Assembly (NCBI GenBank): GCA_964016885.1
Contig: OZ024746.1
Location: 52,018,001-52,082,000, forward strand
Direction: 5' to 3'
DNA length: 64,000 nucleotides
DNA from: Eledone cirrhosa
Lineage: Eukaryota
Positions within the stretch are counted from its first letter, which is position 1; every line of letters starts with the position of its first letter. A program made the position numbers and the translations under genes. The notes under the pieces are model-generated. The model saw only the letters and a list, made by a program, of their open reading frames with translations. It did no database searches and was not told the origin of the DNA. Below, piece after piece: positions 56,601-64,000 of this stretch.

Positions 56601-59600
56601 TAGAATGGTGTATATAGGTGTGTGTAGTATGGTATGGAATTCTATGAATTGGGTATTTTAAATTTAGTATGGAATAGTGTATGACATAGGCTGGTGTATA
56701 TAGGTGTGTGTTGCATGGTATCGAATTCTATGTATTGGGTATGTTATACTTTGTATGGAGTAGTGTATGGTATAGAATGGTGTATATAGGTGTGTGTTGT
56801 ATGGTATGGAATTCTATGTATTGGTTATGTTATACTTAGTATGGAGTAGTGTATGGTATAGTATGGTGTATATAGGTGTGTCTTGTATGGTAAGGAATTC
56901 TATGTATTGGGTATGTTATACTTTGAATAGAGTAGTGTATGGTATAGAATGGTGTATATAGATGTGTGTTGTATGGTATGGAATTCTATGTATTGGGTAT
57001 GTTATACTTAATATGGAGTAGTGTATGCTATAGAATGCTGTATATATGTGTGTGTTGTATGGTATGGAATTCTATGTATTGGGTATGTTATACTTTGTAT
57101 GGATTAGTGTATCGTATAGAATGGTGTATATAGGTATGTGTTGTATGGTATGGAATTCTATGTATTAGGTATGTTATACTGAGTATGGATTAGTGTATGG
57201 TATAGAATGGTGTATATAGGTGTGTGTTGTATGGTATGGAATTATATGTATTACGTATGTTATACTGAGTATGGAGTAGTGTATGGTATAGAATGGTGTA
57301 TATAGGTGTGTGTTGTATGGTATGGAATTCTATGAATTGGGTATGTTATACTTAGTATGGAGTAGTGTATGGTATAGAATGGTGTATATAGGTGTGTGTT
57401 GTATGGTATCGAATTCTATGTATTGGTTATGTTATACTATGTATGGAGTAGTGTATGGTATAGAATGGTGTATATAGGTGTGTGTTGTATGGTATGGAAT
57501 TCTATGTATTGGGTATGTTATACTTAGTATGGAGTAGTGTATGGTATAGAATGGTGTATATAGGTGTGTGTTGTATGGTATGGAATTCTATGTATTGGGT
57601 ATGTTATACTGAGTATGGAGTAGTGTATGGTATAGAATGGTGTATATAGGTGTGTGTTGTATGGTATGGAATTCTATGTATTGGGTATGTTATATTTTGT
57701 ATGGTGTAGTGTATGGTATAGAATGGTGTATATAGGTGTGTGTTGTATGGTATGGAATTCTATGTATCGTTATGTTATACTTTGAATAGAGTAGTGTATG
57801 GTATAGAATGGTGTATATAGATGTGTGTTGTATGGTATGGAATTCTATGTATTGGGTATGTTATACTTAATATGGAGTAGTGTATGCTATAGAATGCTGT
57901 ATATATGTGTGTGTTGTATGGTATGGAATTCTATGTATTGGGTATGTTATACTTTGTATGGATTAGTGTATCGTATAGAATGGTGTATATAGGTGTGTGT
58001 TGTATGGTATGGAATTCTATGTATTACGTATGTTATACTGAGTATGGAGTAGTGTATGGTATAGAATGGTGTATATAGGTGTGTGTTGTATGGTATGGAA
58101 TTCTATGAATTGGGTATGTTATATTTAGTATGGAGTAGTGTATGGTATAGAATGGTGTATATAGGTTTGTCTTGTATGGTATGGAATTCTATGTATTGGG
58201 TATGTTATACTTTGTATGGAGTAGTGTATGGTATAGAATGGTGTATATAGGTGTGTGTTGTATGGTATCGAATTCTATGTATTGGTTATGTTATACTATG
58301 TATGGAGTAGTGTATGGTATAGAATGGTGTATATAGGTGTGTGTTGTATAGTATGGAATTCTATGTATTGGGTATGTTATACTTAGTATGGAGTAGTGTA
58401 TGGTATAGAATGGTGTATATAGGTGTGTTGTATGGTATGGAATTCTATGTATTGGGTATGTTATACTGAGTATGGAGTAGTGTATGGTATAGAATGGTGT
58501 ATATAGGTGTGTGTTGTATGGTATGGAATTCTATGTATTGGGTATGTTATATATTGTATGGTGTAGTGTATGGTATAGAATGGTGTATATAGGTGTGTGT
58601 TGTATGGTATGGAATTCTATGTATCGTTATGTTATACTTAGAATGGAGTAGTGTATGGTATAGAATGGTGTATATAGGTGTGTGTTGTACGGTATGGAAT
58701 TCTATGTATTGGTTATGTTATACTTAGTATGGAGTAGTGTATGGCATAGAATGGTGTATATAGGTGTGTGTTGTATGGTATGGAATTATATGTATTGTGT
58801 ATGTTATACTTTGTATGGAGTAGTGTATGGTATAGAATGGTGTATATAGGTGTGTGTTGTATGGTATGGAATTCTATGTATTGGGTATGTTATACTTTGT
58901 ATGGAGTAGTGTATGGTATAGAATGGTGTATATAGATGTGTGTTGTATGGTATGGAATTCTATGTATTAGGTATGTTATACTGAGTATGGAGTAGTGTAT
59001 GGTATAGAATGGTGTATATAGGTGTGTGTTGTATGGTATGGAATTCTATGTTTTAGTATGTTATACTGAATATGGAGTAGTGTATGGTATAGAATGGTGT
59101 ATATAGGTGTGTGTTGTATGGTATGGAATTCTATGAATTGGGTATGTTATATTTAGTATAGAGTAGTGTATGGTATCGACTGGTGTATATAGGTGAGTGT
59201 TGTATGGTATGGAATTCTATGTATTGGTTATGTTATATTTAGTATGGAGTAGTCTATGGCATAGAATGGTGTATATAGGTGTGTGTTGTATGGTATGGAA
59301 TGCTATGTATTGGGTATGTTATACTTTGTATGGACTAGTGTATGGTATAGAATGGTGTATATAGGTGTGTGTTGTATGGTGTGGAATTCTATGTATTGGG
59401 TATGTTATACTTAGTATGGTGTAGTGTATGGTATAGAATGGTGTATACAGGTGTGTGTTGTATGGTATGGAATTCTATGTATTGGTTATGTTATACTTAG
59501 TATGGAGTAGTGTATGGTATAGACTGGTGTATATAGGTGTGTGTTGTATGGTATGAAATGCTATGTATAGGGTATGTTATATTTAGTATGGAGTAGAGTA

Positions 59601-62600
59601 TGGTATAGAATGGTGTATATAGGTGTGTGTAGTATGTTATGGAATTATATGTATTGGTTATGTTATATTTAGTATGGAGTAGTGTATGGCATAGAATGGT
59701 GTATATAGGTGTGTGTTGTATGGTATGGAATTCTATGTATTGGGTATGTTATACTTAGTATGGTGTAGTGTATGGTATAGTATGGTGTATATAGGTGTGT
59801 CTTGTATGGTAAGGAATTCTATGTATTGGGTATGTTATACTTTGAATAGAGTAGTGTATGGTATAGATTGGTGTATATAGCTGTGTGTTGTATGGTATGG
59901 AATTCTATGTATTGGGTATGTTATACTTAGTATGGAGTAGTGTATGGCATAGACTGGTGTATATAGGTGTGTGTTGTAGGGTATGGAATACTATGTACTG
60001 GGTATGTTATACTTTGTATGGAGTAGTGTATGGCATAGATTGGTGTATATAGGTGTGTGTTGTATGGTATGGAATTCTATGAGTTGGGTATGTTAAATTT
60101 AGTATGGAATAGTGTATGACATAGACTGGTGTATATAGGTGTGTGTTGTAGAGTATGGAATACTATGTACTGGGTATGTTATACTTTGTATGGAGTAGTG
60201 TATGGCATAGATTGGTGTATATAGGTGTGTGTTGTATGGTCTGGAATTCTATGAGTTGGGTATGTTAAATTCAGTATGGAATAGTGTATGACATAGACTG
60301 GTGTATATAGGTGTGTGTTGCATGGTATCGAATTCTATGTATTGGTTATGTTATACTTTGTATGGAGTAGTGTATGGTATAGAATGGTGTATATAGGTGT
60401 GTGTTGTATGGTATGGAATTCTATGTATTTGTATGTTATACTTAGTATGGAGTAGTGTATGGTATAGACTGGTGTATATAGGTGTGTGTTGTATGGTATG
60501 GAATGCTATGTATTGGGTATGTTATACTTAGTATGGAGTAGAGTATGGTATAGAATGGTGTATATAGGTGTGTGTAGTATGGTATGGAATTCTATGTATT
60601 GGTTATGTTATATTTAGTATGGAGCAGTGTATGGCATAGAATGGTGTATATAGGTGTGTGTTGTATGGTACGGAATTCTATGTATTGGGTATGTTATATT
60701 AGTATGGAGTAGTGTATGGTATAGTATGGTGTATATAGGTGTGTCTTGTATGGTAAGGAATTCTATGTATTGGGTATGTTATACTTTGAATAGAGTAGTG
60801 TATGGTATAGACTGGTGTATATAGGTGTGTGTTGTAGGGTATGGAATGCTATGTACTGGGTATGTTATACTTTGTATGGAGTAGTGTATGGCATAGATTG
60901 GTGTATATAGGTGTGTGTTGTATGGTATGGAATTCTATGAGTTGGGTATGCTAAATTTAGTATGGAATAGTGTATTACATAGACTGGTGTATATAGGTGT
61001 GTGTTGCATGGTATCGAATTCTATGTATTGGGTATGTTATACTTTGTATGGAGTAGTGTATGGTATAGAATGGTGTATATAGGTGTGTGTTGTATGGTAT
61101 GGAATTCTATGTATTGGTTATGTTATACTTAGTATGGAGTAGTGTATGGTATAGAATGGTGTATATAGGTGTGTCTTGTATGGTAAGGAATTCTATGTAT
61201 TGGGTATGTTATACTTTGAATAGAGTAGTGTATGGTATAGAATGGTGTATATAGGTGTGTGTTGTATGGTATGGAATTCTATGTATTGTTATGTTATACT
61301 GAGTATTGAGAAGTGTATGGTATAGAATGGTGTATATAGGTGTGTGTTGTATGGTATGGAATTCTATGTATTTGTATGTTTTACTTAGTATGGAGTAGTG
61401 TATGGCATAGAATGGTGTATATAGGTGTGTGTTGTACGGTATGGAATTCTATGTATTGGGTATGTTATACTTAGTATGGAGTAGTGTATGGTATAGAATG
61501 GTGTATATAGGTGTGTGTAGTATGGTATGGAATTCTATGTATTAGGTATGTTATACTGAGTATGGAGTAGTGTATGGTATAGAATGGTGTATATAGGTGT
61601 GTGTTGTATGGTATAGAATTCTATGAATTGGGTATGTTATATTTAGTATGGAGTAGTGTATGGCATAGAATGGTGTATATAGGTGTGTCTTGTATGGTAT
61701 GGAATTCTGTATTGGGTATGTTATACTTTGAATAGAGTAGTGTATGGTATATAATAGTATATATAGGTGTGTGTTGTATGGTATGGAATGCTATGTATTG
61801 GGTATGTTATACTTTGTATGGAGGAGTGTATGGTATAGAATGGTGTATATAGGTGTGTGTTGTATGGTATGGAATTATATGTATTGGGTATGTTATACTT
61901 AGTATGGTGTAGTGTATGGTATAGAATGGTGTATACAGGTGTGTGTTGTATGGTATGGAATTCTTTGTATTGGTTATGTTATACTTAGTATGGAGTAGTG
62001 TATGGTATAGACTGGTGTATATAGGTGTGTGTTGTATGGTATGGAATGCTATGTATTGGGTATGTTATACTTAGTATGGAGTAGAGTATGGTATAGAATG
62101 GTGTATATAGGTGTGTGTAGTATGGTATGGAATTCTATGAATTGGGTATTTTAAATTTAGTATGGAATAGTGTATGACATAGGCTGGTGTATATAGGTGT
62201 GTGTTGCATGGTATCGAATTCTATGTATTGGGTATGTTATACTTTGTATGGAGTAGTGTATGGTATAGAATGGTGTATATAGGTGTGTGTTGTATGGTAT
62301 GGAATTCTATGTATTGGTTATGTTATACTTAGTATGGAGTAGTGTATGGTATAGTATGGTGTATATAGGTGTGTCTTGTATGGTAAGGAATTCTATGTAT
62401 TGGGTATGTTATACTTTGAATAGAGTAGTGTATGGTATAGAATGGTGTATATAGATGTGTGTTGTATGGTATGGAATTCTATGTATTGGGTATGTTATAC
62501 TTAATATGGAGTAGTGTATGCTATAGAATGCTGTATATATGTGTGTGTTGTATGGTATGGAATTCTATGTATTGGGTATGTTATACTTTGTATGGATTAG

Positions 62601-64000
62601 TGTATCGTATAGAATGGTGTATATAGGTATGTGTTGTATGGTATGGAATTCTATGTATTAGGTATGTTATACTGAGTATGGATTAGTGTATGGTATAGAA
62701 TGGTGTATATAGGTGTGTGTTGTATGGTATGGAATTATATGTATTACGTATGTTATACTGAGTATGGAGTAGTGTATGGTATAGAATGGTGTATATAGGT
62801 GTGTGTTGTATGGTATGGAATTCTATGAATTGGGTATGTTATACTTAGTATGGAGTAGTGTATGGTATAGAATGGTGTATATAGGTGTGTGTTGTATGGT
62901 ATCGAATTCTATGTATTGGTTATGTTATACTATGTATGGAGTAGTGTATGGTATAGAATGGTGTATATAGGTGTGTGTTGTATGGTATGGAATTCTATGT
63001 ATTGGGTATGTTATACTTAGTATGGAGTAGTGTATGGTATAGAATGGTGTATATAGGTGTGTGTTGTATGGTATGGAATTCTATGTATTGGGTATGTTAT
63101 ACTGAGTATGGAGTAGTGTATGGTATAGAATGGTGTATATAGGTGTGTGTTGTATGGTATGGAATTCTATGTATTGGGTATGTTATATTTTGTATGGTGT
63201 AGTGTATGGTATAGAATGGTGTATATAGGTGTGTGTTGTATGGTATGGAATTCTATGTATCGTTATGTTATACTTTGAATAGAGTAGTGTATGGTATAGA
63301 ATGGTGTATATAGATGTGTGTTGTATGGTATGGAATTCTATGTATTGGGTATGTTATACTTAATATGGAGTAGTGTATGCTATAGAATGCTGTATATATG
63401 TGTGTGTTGTATGGTATGGAATTCTATGTATTGGGTATGTTATACTTTGTATGGATTAGTGTATCGTATAGAATGGTGTATATAGGTGTGTGTTGTATGG
63501 TATGGAATTCTATGTATTACGTATGTTATACTGAGTATGGAGTAGTGTATGGTATAGAATGGTGTATATAGGTGTGTGTTGTATGGTATGGAATTCTATG
63601 AATTGGGTATGTTATATTTAGTATGGAGTAGTGTATGGTATAGAATGGTGTATATAGGTTTGTCTTGTATGGTATGGAATTCTATGTATTGGGTATGTTA
63701 TACTTTGTATGGAGTAGTGTATGGTATAGAATGGTGTATATAGGTGTGTGTTGTATGGTATCGAATTCTATGTATTGGTTATGTTATACTATGTATGGAG
63801 TAGTGTATGGTATAGAATGGTGTATATAGGTGTGTGTTGTATAGTATGGAATTCTATGTATTGGGTATGTTATACTTAGTATGGAGTAGTGTATGGTATA
63901 GAATGGTGTATATAGGTGTGTTGTATGGTATGGAATTCTATGTATTGGGTATGTTATACTGAGTATGGAGTAGTGTATGGTATAGAATGGTGTATATAGG
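52278..64000. repeat. Tandem repetition of a 5493-bp (64-monomer) block: two full copies plus the start of a third, continuing beyond the window
   Basis: GGTCTGG (C at 54748/60241), the 2-bp deletion ATTCTGTATT 56211/61704 and the junction TATCGTTATGTTATACTTTGAATAG (C at 57768/63261) are all offset by 5493 = 64x86-11. Two mismatches were noticed between copies 1 and 2 (~52962/58455 and ~53220/58713). Confidence 0.93.

Larger units (their letters stand above)
1..64000. repeat. Tandem satellite DNA array, 86-bp monomer, about 744 copies, head-to-tail, running off both window ends
   Basis: The same 86-bp unit (e.g. 16141-16226, from AGTGTATGGTATAGAATGG to ...GAGT) recurs throughout with only substitutions and small indels. 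GAATTC recurs about every 86 bp. No non-repeat sequence or inversion was seen. Confidence 0.99.

Noticed and set aside
1-64000. CRISPR-like or cassette array (constant repeat with variable segment)
   Set aside because: There are no unique spacers. Variable positions are only few-base alleles reused many times, and there are no cas, recombinase or reverse transcriptase genes and no leader.
1-64000. Telomerase-made telomeric repeat, suggested by the G/T-rich strand
   Set aside because: The unit is 86 bp with heritable variants propagated in multi-kb blocks, unlike short templated repeats. A recombination-maintained terminal or subtelomeric satellite cannot be excluded but is not testable from this window.
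1-64000. Identity with human satellite II/III (GGAAT)n or alpha satellite
   Set aside because: There are only one or two GAAT words per monomer and the dominant word is TATGG/GTAT. The sequence has no resemblance to the 171-bp alphoid monomer and no CENP-B box, since the consensus lacks CpG.
1-64000. TATA-like motifs (TATATA, TATAAT, TATACT) as promoters
   Set aside because: Such motifs are expected in an AT-rich repeat and recur in every monomer, with nothing downstream to transcribe and no supporting evidence.
1-64000. Strict dimeric (172-bp) or 3-mer (258-bp) higher-order repeat
   Set aside because: No regular alternation of monomer types was visible. Recurrence spacings are irregular multiples of 86.

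Overview
The whole 64 kb window is one uninterrupted, single-orientation tandem satellite array. It holds about 744 copies (64000/86) of an 86-bp monomer, consensus AGTGTATGGTATAGAATGGTGTATATAGGTGTGTGTTGTATGGTATGGAATTCTATGTATTGGGTATGTTATACT(T/G)(A/T)GTATGGAGT. By hand count the consensus is A21 C2 G27 T36 (about 34% GC, extreme G/T versus C/A strand skew) and carries one EcoRI site. I see no genes, RNA genes, transposons, CRISPR or unique sequence. All listed ORFs are chance read-throughs of the repeat, whose 86-bp length is not divisible by 3. This looks like eukaryotic heterochromatic satellite DNA, but I cannot identify the organism or family. The notable content is the array's internal history: a pentamer-derived, internally duplicated monomer; recurring ordered modules of variant monomers; nested block duplications (periods 172, 515, 1290, about 2744-3086, 3864, about 5075, 5325 and 5493 bp); chimeric junction monomers; and a left-to-right succession of marker variants. 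I found no evidence for a novel coding or defence system. All offsets were derived by eye from diagnostic variants, so boundaries are approximate.
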